A stretch of 64,000 nt of DNA from Noviherbaspirillum sp. (GCA_035254105.1 DATFAZ010000153.1:11511-75510); one strand, 5' to 3'. Shown: positions 9,681 to 20,351, counted from the first letter of the stretch. The notes: generated from the letters alone by a model not told the origin. Numbers and translations: made by a program.

Positions 9681-11363
9681 CTAGGCTTGCAGCGGCGTCG
9701 CCCGCTTGATGATCGCGGCGCAATTCACTCCGCGAGGCAGGCTGCCGTAGGCCAGGCCACTGCTCTGTTCCGTCAGCCGGGAAGCACAGAACGCATCCGC
9801 CACCGCTGGATTGCCGTGCCGCACCAGCAGCGAAGCCTGCAAGGCCAGCGCCATCTTTTCCACGATGGCGCGCGCCCGGTATTCGATATCCGAGGTGTCG
9901 GCCAACTCGCGTCCCAGTCGGGCGACATACTGATCCAGGCGCTTGTCCGCTCCTGCCGCCGCCTGCACTTCGGCCATATAGGCTTCGACCGAACCCGGGC
10001 TTTTGCTCATGGCGCGCAGCATGTCGAGGCATTGCACGTTACCGCTGCCCTCCCAGATCGAGTTGACCGGCGATTCGCGAAACAGGCGCGGCATGATGCA
10101 ATCCTCCATCACGCCGCTGCCGCCGATGCATTCCATGGCTTCGTAAGCATGTCCCGGGGTTCGCTTGCAGATCCAGTACTTGCCGACGGCGGTTCCGACG
10201 CGCACCAGCAGTTTGTCCGATTCATTGTGCTCGCTTCGGTCCAGCGCGTGGGCAAGACGCATGGTCATCGCCAGCGCGGCCTCATGCTCGATGACCAGAT
10301 CGGCCAGCACGTTCTGCATCAGAGGCTGTTCAGCGAGACGCTTGCCGAATGCGGTGCGATGGGCGCAATGATGAAGCGCCTGCGCCACTGCTTGGCGCAT
10401 GCCGGCCGATGAGCCGATCATGCAGTCAAAGCGTGTCATGGTCACCATCTTCAGGATGGTCGCCACGCCGCGGCCTTCCTCGCCGATCATCTCTGCATAC
10501 GCGCCGCGCAATTCCGTTTCGCTCGATGCATTGGCCACGTTTCCCATCTTGTTCTTGAGGCGCTGAATCTGCATCGGATTCTTGCTGCCGTCGGGCCGCC
10601 AGCGTGGCAGCAGGAAGCAGGACAGCCCGCCCGGTGCCTGCGCCAGCACCAGGAAAGCGTCGCTCATCGGCGCCGACACGAAATATTTGTGCCCTACCAG
10701 TTCATAAGCCTGACCGGGGCCGCCGCTGCCCAGCGGATAAGCGCGCAGGGTATTGGTGCGCACGTCGGAGCCGCCCTGCTTTTCGGTCATCGCCATGCCG
10801 ATGGTGAGGCCCTGTTTTTGTTCGACAGGAATATTCCGGTAATCGTAATGACGCGCCAGTATCTTCGGCATCCACTGCCGGGCGATATCCGGCTGCAGCA
10901 GCAAGGCAGGAACGACCGCCGAGGTCATCGTCACCGGACAGCAGTGCGCCGCCTCCACCTGGCTCTGCATGTAGAAACCGGCCGCGCGCGCAACCTGGGC
11001 GCCTGCTTTCGGATTGGTCCAGTGGGAGGAATGCAAACCGGTTTCGAGGGAGATTTGCATCAGGCGGTGATACGCCGGGTGAAACCGCACCTCGTCGATC
11101 CGGTGCCCGTAATTGTCATGGGTGTACAGCACCGGCTTGTTTTCGTTAGCCTGGAAACCGAGCTCGATCAGCTCACTCGATCCGGTCAGAACGCCAAATG
11201 CGCTCAGTTCATCTTCCGCCCACGCGGCTCCTTCACGCTGCACCGCTTCTTGCAAGGCCTGGTCGGCGAGATAAAGGTTGTAATCCTGCAGCGGCGGCGG
11301 CTGGTTCGTCACGACGTGCGTCTCCGCCATAAACCGGTTGCCCGATCTGGTATCCATATCCAT
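9681..11363 (-). CDS. aidB: AidB-like acyl-CoA dehydrogenase
   Basis: HVVTNQPPPL, FHPAYH, GMAMTEKQGGSDV, IWEGSGNV; AGGAG RBS before ATG 11363. Confidence 0.82.
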   Translation of the reverse strand: MDMDTRSGNRFMAETHVVTNQPPPLQDYNLYLADQALQEAVQREGAAWAEDELSAFGVLTGSSELIELGFQANENKPVLYTHDNYGHRIDEVRFHPAYHRLMQISLETGLHSSHWTNPKAGAQVARAAGFYMQSQVEAAHCCPVTMTSAVVPALLLQPDIARQWMPKILARHYDYRNIPVEQKQGLTIGMAMTEKQGGSDVRTNTLRAYPLGSGGPGQAYELVGHKYFVSAPMSDAFLVLAQAPGGLSCFLLPRWRPDGSKNPMQIQRLKNKMGNVANASSETELRGAYAEMIGEEGRGVATILKMVTMTRFDCMIGSSAGMRQAVAQALHHCAHRTAFGKRLAEQPLMQNVLADLVIEHEAALAMTMRLAHALDRSEHNESDKLLVRVGTAVGKYWICKRTPGHAYEAMECIGGSGVMEDCIMPRLFRESPVNSIWEGSGNVQCLDMLRAMSKSPGSVEAYMAEVQAAAGADKRLDQYVARLGRELADTSDIEYRARAIVEKMALALQASLLVRHGNPAVADAFCASRLTEQSSGLAYGSLPRGVNCAAIIKRATPLQA

Positions 11364-11422
11364 CTCAAAGTCTCCTGAAAATTCCTCACAGGTCGTAAGC
11401 AGTGCGCTTTCACTGCAAACAA

Positions 11423-11438
11423 GTGAATTATGATTCAC
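11423..11438. promoter_or_regulatory. Putative TetR operator
   Basis: Perfect dyad GTGAAT-TATG-ATTCAC between divergent aidB-like and tetR genes. Confidence 0.55.
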
Positions 11439-11525
11439 ACCATGAAATGCAGTAGACCACGCCTATTTGGCGGTGTCAAGAAAAGCATTCCCGGTTACAC
11501 TTCGCCCAAAAATGGATCAGCATTT

Positions 11526-12167
11526 ATGGCTTACCGCCCTACCGAAAAAACCGAAGCACGCAAAGCCGCGCTGAAACAGCGCTTATTGGATGCAGCGCTA
11601 TCGCTTGTCTCCACAGACGGCTTTAACGCACTCACTATTCAGGCAGTCGCTCAGGCGGCGGGAATTGCGACGGGCGCGGTCTACAAGCACTTCGACTCCA
11701 AGGCGCAACTGTGCGCAGAAGTATTCCGTATCGCCACGGAGAAAGAAGTTGCCGTAGTGAGAGACACTGCGTTAGGTGAAGGCGCGCCTGCCATCCGCCT
11801 GCTGAAGACCATCGAAGCCTTTGCAATACGGGCACTGCGCGGTCAGCGCCTGGCTTACGCACTGATTGCCGAGCCGGTGGACACTCTGGTGGATGCGGAA
11901 AGACTGCGCTACCGTGAAGCCTATGCAGAAATTTTTCGGCAACTGGTCGAGGATGGCATCAGATCGGGGGATTTCCCGGCCCAGATATCAGCAGTCAGCG
12001 CGGCAGCGCTTGTGGGAGTGATTGCGGAATCACTGGTTGGTCCGCTTTCCTGGCAAACCGGTTCTCAGCCGAAGATCGAGGAAACACAGCTTATCCAATC
12101 CATTCAAGCCTTTTGTTTGCGGGCAGTTGCGATGAAGGTTCCGGACGATTACCGCACTTCTGCATAA
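11526..12167 (+). CDS. TetR/AcrR-family regulator
   Basis: LLDAALSLVSTDGFNALTIQAVAQAAGIATGAVYKHFDSK HTH; ATG 11526. Confidence 0.9.
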   Translation: MAYRPTEKTEARKAALKQRLLDAALSLVSTDGFNALTIQAVAQAAGIATGAVYKHFDSKAQLCAEVFRIATEKEVAVVRDTALGEGAPAIRLLKTIEAFAIRALRGQRLAYALIAEPVDTLVDAERLRYREAYAEIFRQLVEDGIRSGDFPAQISAVSAAALVGVIAESLVGPLSWQTGSQPKIEETQLIQSIQAFCLRAVAMKVPDDYRTSA

Positions 12168-12338
12168 GCACCGTTCTTGCCTGTAGCGAGATCTGCTGAG
12201 CCTTTTGATAAGAACATTGCAATTGTGCGGCTGGCCGCGCTAATAAGCCCGATGGATTTCACCGACACGGGCTTGTTTTCAAATTGACATATATACCGTA
12301 GGAGCTCATTCAGCCTTGCCGGGAAAGATTGCGCCAAG

Positions 12339-12366
12339 TCAAAAACCTCTCGATTAAAACCGATAG
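12339..12366 (+). promoter_or_regulatory. Possible sigma28 (FliA) promoter of the first MCP gene
   Basis: TCAAA-N15-ACCGATAG resembles TAAA-N15-GCCGATAA; upstream of a chemoreceptor. Confidence 0.35.
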
Positions 12367-12512
12367 AAGTTGCCTTGTGGAAATTTCTCTGCCTACAATG
12401 ACGGTGAGTTACGTTTCTCTTCCAGACGCTCCTCACTTCAGTCAGTTATTCCCCCTACGTCGTAGAAATTGACTCCAAGCTGTATTAGACCCAATCAAGA
12501 AAACACCGGCAA

Positions 12513-14636
12513 ATGAATGCTTTTTTACATCGGTTAATGCTGTGGCAGAAATTCTCCTTCCTTGCGATTTTTGGCGTTTTGCTCGTGCTGGCGCCACTGG
12601 CTTTATATATCGCTGAATCGGAACGCTCCATTAATGCGGCTGAACAGGAAGTCGCCGGTATCGCGCCGATCCAGGCAGTACTCAAGGTCATCACACTGAC
12701 GCAGCAGCATCGCGGCCTCTCGGCCATGGTCTTGAGCGGCAATGAAGCAGCGCAAAGCCAGCGCGATGCCAAGCAAAAAGAAGTCGATCAAGCCATTGCG
12801 ACAATGGATACGATCGTCAAACAGGATGCGGTCGCCGCGTTTGCGGAAAAATGGACACAGACCAAAAATGCCTGGGCTCCACTTGCTGGCAAAGTGACGC
12901 AGAAATCCTTATCGGGCGCAGAAAGCTTTGCCGGACATACCGCGCTTGTCGGCCAGCTGATGAAGTTCAACGACGCTCTCGTCGATCATTTCGGTCTCAG
13001 CCTTGATCCGGAATTCGGTACTTCTTATCTGGTCAATGCCGCATTGATTCAGTCGCCAGCGCTGACCGAAACCCTCGGCCGCGCACGTGCTAAAGGCGCC
13101 GGGATGCTCACGGTCAAGGCCGCTTCCCAGGAAGACCGTATCGCCGTCACGGCGCTGGTTGAAAAGGCCAATGATCTCTACGAAACCATCAACATCTCTC
13201 TGGCAAAGGCGATATCCGCACATCCGTCCTTGAAGGGCAAACTGGAAAGCCAGATAGAAGCCAGCCTTGCCATCGGCAACAAGGCCATTCGGACGGCGCA
13301 TGAACAGGTGGTGAAAGCCGAACAACTGGCGTATCCGCCGGCAGAATATTTCGGCCAATTTACCCAGGCCATCGATGCGCAGCTCAAGCTGAACGACATG
13401 GCGCTGGCTGAACTGGAAGTCATGCTGAATGCACGCATGTCCGCGCTGACGACTACCAAATTCATGCTCCTCGGCGGCATCGCGCTGTTATCGCTATGCA
13501 TGGCATTCGTGGGCCTGATGATTATTCGCTCCGTGACCGAGCCGCTGCGCAAAGCGGTCAGTGTCGCCGGACAGATTGCTTCCGGCGACCTTACCGCGAA
13601 GATCGAAGTAACATCGAAGGATGAAACCGGCCGGTTGCTGCAGGCATTGAAAAATATGAATCAGAGCCTGGCGCAAATCGTCAGCGACGTCCGCACGGGC
13701 ACCGACACCATCGCCACCGCTTCCGGCCAGATTGCTGCCGGCAATCTCGATCTGTCGTCGCGCACCGAGCAGCAGGCAAGTGCGCTGGAGCAAACGGCTG
13801 CGTCTGTGGACCAACTGAACAACACCGTCCGGCAAAATGCCGATAACGCCCGCCAGGCAAACCAACTGGCGGAATCTGCTTCCGAAGTGGCGGTCAAGGG
13901 CGGCGCGGTAGTGTCGCAAGTCGTGCAAACCATGGGGTCGATCAATGATTCGTCGCGCAAGATTGTCGACATCATCGGCGTCATCGACGGGATTGCTTTC
14001 CAAACCAATATCCTGGCGCTGAACGCCGCAGTGGAAGCCGCACGCGCCGGCCAGCAGGGTAAAGGCTTTGCGGTAGTCGCCACGGAAGTCAGAAGCTTGG
14101 CCCAGCGCTCTGCCACTGCGGCGCAGGAAATCAAAGCCTTGATCGGCGACTCGGTCGAGAAAGTGGATTTCGGTTCAAAACTGGTTGACCAGGCCGGCGC
14201 CACCATGGAAGAAATCGTGTCGAGCGTAAAGCGGGTGACCGATATCATGGGCGAAATCTCAAGTGCCAGCCAGGAGCAGACATCGGAAATCGGGCAAATC
14301 AAGCAGGCCATTACGCAGATGGACGACGTTACACGGCAAAACGCTGCGCTGGTGGAAGAAGCTGCGGCGGCATCGGAATCGCTGCATGACCAGGCCGACA
14401 CGCTGTCGCAGGCGGTCAGCGTATTCAAGATGGATGGCACCTATGGCGTAGCACCGACTGCAAAAGCCACCTCACGCATCACGACCCGCATCCCGGCGAC
14501 GGTGACGGGAGTCGCCGCGCCAAACCGGAATGCCCGCTCAGGCAGGATCGCGGCTAATAGTGTGGTCCACAAAACGCCGCCGGTTAAACGCATCGCCATG
14601 AAAACCAGCCAGGACGAAGACTGGCAGGAGTTCTGA
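12513..14636 (+). CDS. Methyl-accepting chemotaxis protein with large NIT-like periplasmic domain and C-terminal pentapeptide
   Basis: Two TM segments, HAMP (DETGRLL), [20 protein letters not shown] signalling domain, C-terminal DWQEF. Confidence 0.93.
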   Translation: MNAFLHRLMLWQKFSFLAIFGVLLVLAPLALYIAESERSINAAEQEVAGIAPIQAVLKVITLTQQHRGLSAMVLSGNEAAQSQRDAKQKEVDQAIATMDTIVKQDAVAAFAEKWTQTKNAWAPLAGKVTQKSLSGAESFAGHTALVGQLMKFNDALVDHFGLSLDPEFGTSYLVNAALIQSPALTETLGRARAKGAGMLTVKAASQEDRIAVTALVEKANDLYETINISLAKAISAHPSLKGKLESQIEASLAIGNKAIRTAHEQVVKAEQLAYPPAEYFGQFTQAIDAQLKLNDMALAELEVMLNARMSALTTTKFMLLGGIALLSLCMAFVGLMIIRSVTEPLRKAVSVAGQIASGDLTAKIEVTSKDETGRLLQALKNMNQSLAQIVSDVRTGTDTIATASGQIAAGNLDLSSRTEQQASALEQTAASVDQLNNTVRQNADNARQANQLAESASEVAVKGGAVVSQVVQTMGSINDSSRKIVDIIGVIDGIAFQTNILALNAAVEAARAGQQGKGFAVVATEVRSLAQRSATAAQEIKALIGDSVEKVDFGSKLVDQAGATMEEIVSSVKRVTDIMGEISSASQEQTSEIGQIKQAITQMDDVTRQNAALVEEAAAASESLHDQADTLSQAVSVFKMDGTYGVAPTAKATSRITTRIPATVTGVAAPNRNARSGRIAANSVVHKTPPVKRIAMKTSQDEDWQEF

Positions 14637-14839
14637 GGTAGCCCGGATTGCAAAGCCACACAAGCAGTGCATAACTCGCTGGTCCGGTTCCGGGCCAGCA
14701 CTACATCGTTTCTCCCTACCTCCTTTAGCAGGCCACCCTGCTGTCAATCATCCCATACCGCCTCCATAGAAAACTCGCAAGGCATTTCCGAAAAATAGGA
14801 AAACTTAAATTAACAGTGCTGCAATAGTCGGCAAAAAAG

Positions 14840-14853
14840 TTGATCTGAATTAA
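14840..14853. promoter_or_regulatory. FNR-like box upstream of the second MCP
   Basis: TTGAT-CTGA-ATTAA, one mismatch to TTGAT-N4-ATCAA. Confidence 0.45.
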
Positions 14854-15016
14854 GTTTTTTTAAAGCAATTGTTTATATGCTCACAGGCGCAAGCTGAGAG
14901 GTAATACCGGCTAACGATTAGTCCCTCACAAAAAATACGGTACACCCATCCGGGATAGCCCTACCTCTCAAAGATTCTGACTTCTGCTTAAAAACTTTAA
15001 TAAAGGCAAGACAGAA

Positions 15017-16717
15017 ATGCGTATCGGAAAACTACCCGTAGCAGCACGCTTGGGCGCCGGTTTCGGTCTGGTATTGCTGATGATGGCAACCATGATTGCG
15101 ATGGGCTTTATCGGCCTCACCCAGATCAGCGCCATCAACAACAGGCTCATAGAAAAGGAATGGGTCAAGGCGGACGCGGCAAACACGATCAACGCCACGA
15201 TCCGGGCCAACGCGCTGCGCTCCTTCGAACTGCTGATCGCAAGCGATAAGGCGGAAACCGCAAATATCTATCGACAGATCGATCTCAATAAGAAAACGAT
15301 TAACAACGCGCTCAATACGCTCGACAAAATCGTCTATCTTCCCGAAGGCAAAGCCCTGATGGGCAAGATCAAAGAGACCCGCGCTCAGTACGTCGCTTCG
15401 TTCACCAAGTTCGGCAAGATGATCGAGGAAGGAAAAACGGAGCAAGCGATCGAGACGATGCGCAGCGAAACTCTTCCCATCTTATATGCGCTTCAGGACC
15501 ACATTGCCGCTTTCGTCGAGCTGCAAAACAGGACAGTGGTCACCAGCGGCCAGGACGTCCAGAAGAATGTCGATTCCATCCGTATGGGCATGCTGATCCT
15601 CGGAGCGCTAGCACTGTTCATCGGCATTGTCGCTGCCCACTTCATTACCAGGGGATTACTGAAACAGCTCGGCGGCGAGCCAGCGCAGGCGGCAGAAGTG
15701 GCCGGGAAAATTGCCGCTGGCGACCTCGCTGTTACCGTTGAGACCAAGGCAAATGACCAGAGCAGCACGCTGTTCGCAATGAAGCAAATGCGTGACAGTC
15801 TGGCCAACATCGTCGGCCAGGTACGGCACGGTACGGAGACCATCGCAACAGCATCCAGCCAGATCGCCGCCGGCAACCTCGACCTGTCGGCACGCACCGA
15901 AGAACAGGCCAGCTCTCTGGAAGAGACAGCGTCGTCCATGGACGAGATCATCGGCACCGTCAAGCAGAACGCCGACAACGCACGCCAGGCCAACCAGCTT
16001 GCACTGACCGCTGCAGAAATCGCCAGCAAGGGCGGTGCGGTGGTGGCGGAAGTGGTCGATACGATGGGATCGATCCACGATTCATCGAAGAGGATCGTAG
16101 ACATCATCAGCGTGATCGAAGGCATCGCGTTCCAGACCAACATCCTCGCGCTCAATGCTGCCGTGGAAGCGGCGCGTGCAGGAGAACAAGGGCGCGGCTT
16201 CGCCGTGGTGGCGACGGAAGTGCGGAGCCTTGCGCAGCGCTCGTCTTCGGCAGCCAAGGAAATCAAATCACTCATCGACGACTCTGTCGAACGCGTCGAC
16301 GCCGGCGCCAAACTGGTCGATCAGGCCGGTGCGACCATGCGTGACATCGTTGCAAGCGTCAATCGCGTGACCGACATCATGGGCGAGATCACGGCTGCAA
16401 GCGCTGAGCAAACCACCGGTATCGAACATATCAGCAGGGCAATATCCGAAATGGACAAGGTGACCCAACAGAATGCAGCGCTGGTCGAAGAAGCTGCCAC
16501 GGCATCGGCCTCGATGCAGGAGCAGGCAGCCGACCTTGCACGCCTGGTCAGCCTGTTCCGTCTGGACGGCATGCCTGCACTCCAGCCGGAAGGCCAGCAT
16601 CCGCCGGCACAACACTCGCTGGCGCAAGGAGCGCACCTCACCCTCGCCGCAGACAACACGAAGGATGAGGAACAGGCAGATGCCTGCCTCATTCGTGTGG
16701 CAGCACCCACGGCATAG
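15017..16717 (+). CDS. Methyl-accepting chemotaxis protein (four-helix-bundle sensor)
   Basis: [11 protein letters not shown]1, [37 protein letters not shown]; no pentapeptide. Confidence 0.93.
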   Translation: MRIGKLPVAARLGAGFGLVLLMMATMIAMGFIGLTQISAINNRLIEKEWVKADAANTINATIRANALRSFELLIASDKAETANIYRQIDLNKKTINNALNTLDKIVYLPEGKALMGKIKETRAQYVASFTKFGKMIEEGKTEQAIETMRSETLPILYALQDHIAAFVELQNRTVVTSGQDVQKNVDSIRMGMLILGALALFIGIVAAHFITRGLLKQLGGEPAQAAEVAGKIAAGDLAVTVETKANDQSSTLFAMKQMRDSLANIVGQVRHGTETIATASSQIAAGNLDLSARTEEQASSLEETASSMDEIIGTVKQNADNARQANQLALTAAEIASKGGAVVAEVVDTMGSIHDSSKRIVDIISVIEGIAFQTNILALNAAVEAARAGEQGRGFAVVATEVRSLAQRSSSAAKEIKSLIDDSVERVDAGAKLVDQAGATMRDIVASVNRVTDIMGEITAASAEQTTGIEHISRAISEMDKVTQQNAALVEEAATASASMQEQAADLARLVSLFRLDGMPALQPEGQHPPAQHSLAQGAHLTLAADNTKDEEQADACLIRVAAPTA

Positions 16718-16871
16718 AAAAACGCTGCAGCCATTCCGTCCTGGACGGATACGCGGGCATGCTGCACAAGCATGCCCGCCATTTCATGCACGAAGAGCCG
16801 GAACCGCCTATCGCCAGAGGGCTGGCGGTTCACAGCACTCAATACGAAAAATACTCTACTGCTGGAAGCCC

Positions 16872-19748
16872 ATGAATGGCCAACTAGTCCACGCGCCGAC
16901 ACGCAAAAAACAAAAATGCCGCTTCTACAATGCGACGATCAGCCAGAAGATCGGTGTCGTCTTTGGCTTTCTCCTGCTGGTCGCAGCAATCAACGTTGTC
17001 GTCGTTCAGGGAATGCTGCAACAGATGAATGGCATGGCCGCCGCACTCAACGTCGCCGGCCGAATGCGCATGCTGAGCCAGAAACTCGCTTTTGAAACCA
17101 GTACCGTGCTGCAGGGGCAATTCTCCGGCCGTGAAACGGCAGCCGCCACCATTGGAGAATTCGATACCGCCGTGATGGCATTCGTTCGCGGAGGCAACGC
17201 GTTCGGCTACGACATCAGGATGCTGCCCTTGCGCCATCATGACCAGCTCGACTTGCTGCGGCTGGAATGGTCCGGATACAAGAGCCGCGTGGAAGCCATA
17301 CTCACGGCACCACCCGCATCCGCGGCCAACGCGAATGCAGGCACGCCCCAATTGCAGCAAGTCTCGGAAGGCTCTGCACGCGTATTGACTTCCGCAGAAC
17401 GCCTGACCCGCTCGCTCACACTGGAAGCGCAAGAGGCAGAAAAACGTGCCCTCATGGGAATCTATGCGCTATTCCTGCTCGACGTCCTCGCCTTCATGGC
17501 GGTCTTCGTGCTGGTACGCAAACAGATCGTCCACCCGCTGCGCGAACTGGTACTGCGCAGCCGGGAACTTGCGGAAGGAAACTATCACGCACGCCTCAAC
17601 TACCGGTCTTTCGACGAGATCGGCCAACTCAGCCACACCTTCAATTATTCCGCCGAACGGATCGGAAAACTGATCGGCGATATCGAGCAGGATCGCCAGA
17701 ACCTGAGGCAGGCGGAGTCGATGTTTCGTGGGCTGGCGGAGAACTCGGTGGTTGGTGTCTATATCGTGCAGGGTCAGAAATTCCGCTTCGTGAATGCAAA
17801 GATGGCGGAGATGTTTTGCCTTAGCCCTGAAGAGATGACTTCGTCAGTGGGGTTCTTCGACACTGTTGCCGAGGGCGACAGGCACATGGTTGAAAGCAAT
17901 ATACAGAAACGCCTGCGCGGCGATATCCAGGAAATTCATTACGAACGCCTCGCGCATAGAAAAGACGGCTCGATGTTCGATGTAGAAGTATTCGGCTCGA
18001 CCATGGAGATCGATGGCAAGGCCGCGACCATCGGCATCATGCTCGACATTACTGAACGTAAGAAGGCGGAGGCATCGATGCAGCAGGCGTCGATGGTCTA
18101 CCAGTACAGCAGCGAGGGCATGACCATTACCGACCCGGACGGCGTCATTATTGATGTCAACCCGGCTTTTACAAGGATTACCGGTTACACGCGCGACGAA
18201 GTCATAGGCAGGAATCCCAAGGTCCTTCAGTCGGGAAGGCAGAACCAGGCATTTTATGAAGACATGTGGAAAGCGCTTCTCTCTACCGGCCATTGGGAAG
18301 GAGAAATCTGGAACCGGCGCAAGAACGGCGAAGTCTATGCCGAGTGGCTGGTCATTAATACTTCCTACAAGGCTGACGGTTCGGCTTTTCGCCGCATGGC
18401 GATATTCTCCGATATCACCGAACGGAAAAAATTCAACGACCTGATCTGGCAGCAGGCCAATTTCGATTCCCTGACGGGCTTGCCCAACAGGCATATGTTC
18501 CGCGACCGCCTGGAGCAGGAAATCAGGAAGTCCCATCGGGCCGGGCTGCCGCTGGCACTGATGTTCATCGACCTTGACCGCTTCAAGGAAGTCAACGACA
18601 CGCTCGGGCACGCCGTCGGCGACAACCTGCTCAAGGAAGCCGCACAACGACTCACCAGTTGCGTGCGCGAGTCCGACACGGTAGCGCGCCTGGGCGGCGA
18701 TGAATTCACGATCATTCTCGGCGAGTTAAGCGCTCCCAACAGTGTCGAGCGCATCGCGCAGGAAATCCTGCAGAAAATGGCAAAGCCATTCGAGCTGGAG
18801 GAAGAAACCGCTTACCTGTCCGCCAGCATCGGCATTACTTTCTATCCGGACGATGCGACCGAACTCGAAGATCTGTTGAAAAATGCGGATCAAGCCATGT
18901 ATGCCGCCAAGGATGGCGGTCGCAACCGCCACAATTACTTTACGCCGTCGATGCAGGAAACTGCGCAGGCACGGCGACGGATTGCAGGCGATCTGCGCTG
19001 CACCATCACCGAAAACCAGTTGCGCGTGTATTACCAGCCGATTGTCGATCTGATGAGCGGCACCGTTGAAAAAGCGGAAGCGCTGGTGCGCTGGCAGCAT
19101 CCCAAGCGCGGACTGATCAGCCCTGCCGAATTCATTCCGATCGCCGAAGAGACCGGCATGATCTGCGATATCGGCGACTGGGTCTTTCAGGAAGCAACGC
19201 GCCAGGCGGCGCGCTGGCGCCTGTCACATCGACCGGATTTCCAGATCAGCATCAACACCTCGCCCGCGCAGTACCGCAACAATGGCATCGATTACGATGC
19301 ATGGCTTGAGCACCTGAGCAGGATCGGCTTGCCGCAGCAAGGCATCGCAGTGGAAATCACCGAAGGGCTATTGCTGGAAACGAGCGCGGCAGTCACTGAT
19401 CAGCTTCTCCGCTTCCGCGATTCAGGCATCCATGTATCGCTCGATGATTTCGGCACCGGCTACTCTTCGCTGTCCTACCTGAAGAGACTGGATATCGACT
19501 ATCTCAAGATAGACCGCTCGTTTGCGCAAAACCTGATACCGGGCTCGGAAGACATGGCTTTGTACGAAGCCATTATCGCCATGGCACACAAGCTGGGTCT
19601 GAAGGTGATTGCCGAAGGCGTCGAGACAGAGGAGCAGCGCGCCCTGCTCACCGCAGCCGGATGCGATTATGGCCAAGGCTATCTGTTTTCAAGGCCGGTG
19701 CCTGCCGATCAGTTCGAGGCACTGCTGTGCCCCGGAATGATGAACTGA
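16872..19748 (+). CDS. Membrane diguanylate cyclase/phosphodiesterase: NarX/PilJ-like sensor-HAMP-PAS-PAS-GGDEF-EAL
   Basis: ALNVAGRMRMLSQKL P-box-like motif, DEIGQL HAMP, two PAS/PAC, RESD I-site + GGDEF, EAL, DDFGTGYSS, QGYLFS; start uncertain (ORF track begins at 16473 inside the MCP). Confidence 0.9.
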   Translation: MNGQLVHAPTRKKQKCRFYNATISQKIGVVFGFLLLVAAINVVVVQGMLQQMNGMAAALNVAGRMRMLSQKLAFETSTVLQGQFSGRETAAATIGEFDTAVMAFVRGGNAFGYDIRMLPLRHHDQLDLLRLEWSGYKSRVEAILTAPPASAANANAGTPQLQQVSEGSARVLTSAERLTRSLTLEAQEAEKRALMGIYALFLLDVLAFMAVFVLVRKQIVHPLRELVLRSRELAEGNYHARLNYRSFDEIGQLSHTFNYSAERIGKLIGDIEQDRQNLRQAESMFRGLAENSVVGVYIVQGQKFRFVNAKMAEMFCLSPEEMTSSVGFFDTVAEGDRHMVESNIQKRLRGDIQEIHYERLAHRKDGSMFDVEVFGSTMEIDGKAATIGIMLDITERKKAEASMQQASMVYQYSSEGMTITDPDGVIIDVNPAFTRITGYTRDEVIGRNPKVLQSGRQNQAFYEDMWKALLSTGHWEGEIWNRRKNGEVYAEWLVINTSYKADGSAFRRMAIFSDITERKKFNDLIWQQANFDSLTGLPNRHMFRDRLEQEIRKSHRAGLPLALMFIDLDRFKEVNDTLGHAVGDNLLKEAAQRLTSCVRESDTVARLGGDEFTIILGELSAPNSVERIAQEILQKMAKPFELEEETAYLSASIGITFYPDDATELEDLLKNADQAMYAAKDGGRNRHNYFTPSMQETAQARRRIAGDLRCTITENQLRVYYQPIVDLMSGTVEKAEALVRWQHPKRGLISPAEFIPIAEETGMICDIGDWVFQEATRQAARWRLSHRPDFQISINTSPAQYRNNGIDYDAWLEHLSRIGLPQQGIAVEITEGLLLETSAAVTDQLLRFRDSGIHVSLDDFGTGYSSLSYLKRLDIDYLKIDRSFAQNLIPGSEDMALYEAIIAMAHKLGLKVIAEGVETEEQRALLTAAGCDYGQGYLFSRPVPADQFEALLCPGMMN

Positions 19749-19770
19749 GGCCGGGCGCGCGTATCCGGCA

Positions 19771-20202
19771 TCAACCCAGAGCAGAGCGCGTCCAGCGCAC
19801 AATGTCTGCCGCGCTCATGGCACCAGCCTGGCGCCCGATCTCGCGCCCATTGCGAAACAACATCAGCGTGGGAATGCTGCGTATTGCGTAACGGGCGCCA
19901 AGCGCCTGCTCTTCTTCGGTATTGACCTTCGCCACACGAAAATGCGGCTCCAGCTGTGCCGCCGCCTGCTCATACGCGGGAGCCATCATGCGGCAGGGGC
20001 CGCACCACGGCGCCCAGAAATCGACCAGCAGCGGTATATCGTTGCGGCTGATATGCCGCTCGAAACTGGCGCCGGAAAGAGCCACCGGGTGTCCCGTAAA
20101 AAGCATCTGATGGCAACGCCCGCAATCCGGCGATTCACCGAGCCGTTCGGAGGGAACGCGGTTAACTGCCTGGCAGTGCGGGCAAACGATATGTAGAGAC
20201 AT
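19771..20202 (-). CDS. trxC: Thioredoxin 2 (zinc-binding N-terminus)
   Basis: CPHC and CGRC Zn motifs plus WCGPC active site. Confidence 0.92.
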   Translation of the reverse strand: MSLHIVCPHCQAVNRVPSERLGESPDCGRCHQMLFTGHPVALSGASFERHISRNDIPLLVDFWAPWCGPCRMMAPAYEQAAAQLEPHFRVAKVNTEEEQALGARYAIRSIPTLMLFRNGREIGRQAGAMSAADIVRWTRSALG

Positions 20203-20351
20203 GATTTTCTACCTGTCAGGCATGTTTCGATTGATGGATAGCCGGCTTTGCGGAAACGTCCTTTGCCTGGTGCACATCCGGCACGATGCGCTCTTTTCCG
20301 GTCTTGACCGTTTACAGCAAGGTGGTGGCGAAACGTCGGTAATTCAAGGTA

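Noticed and set aside
14700-14770. Cluster of GGA/CCTCC motifs and an RBS-ATG-TAG on the minus strand (CsrB-like or anti-SD sRNA)
   Set aside because: No repeated hairpins presenting GGA and no clear promoter or terminator
14880-14965. Possible c-di-GMP riboswitch upstream of the second MCP
   Set aside because: GEMM features (GCAAA...GAAA tetraloop...GACGCAAAGC) not found
16473-16871. N-terminal extension of the 1091-aa ORF
   Set aside because: Overlaps the MCP out of frame and does not look protein-like; the real start is probably about 16872
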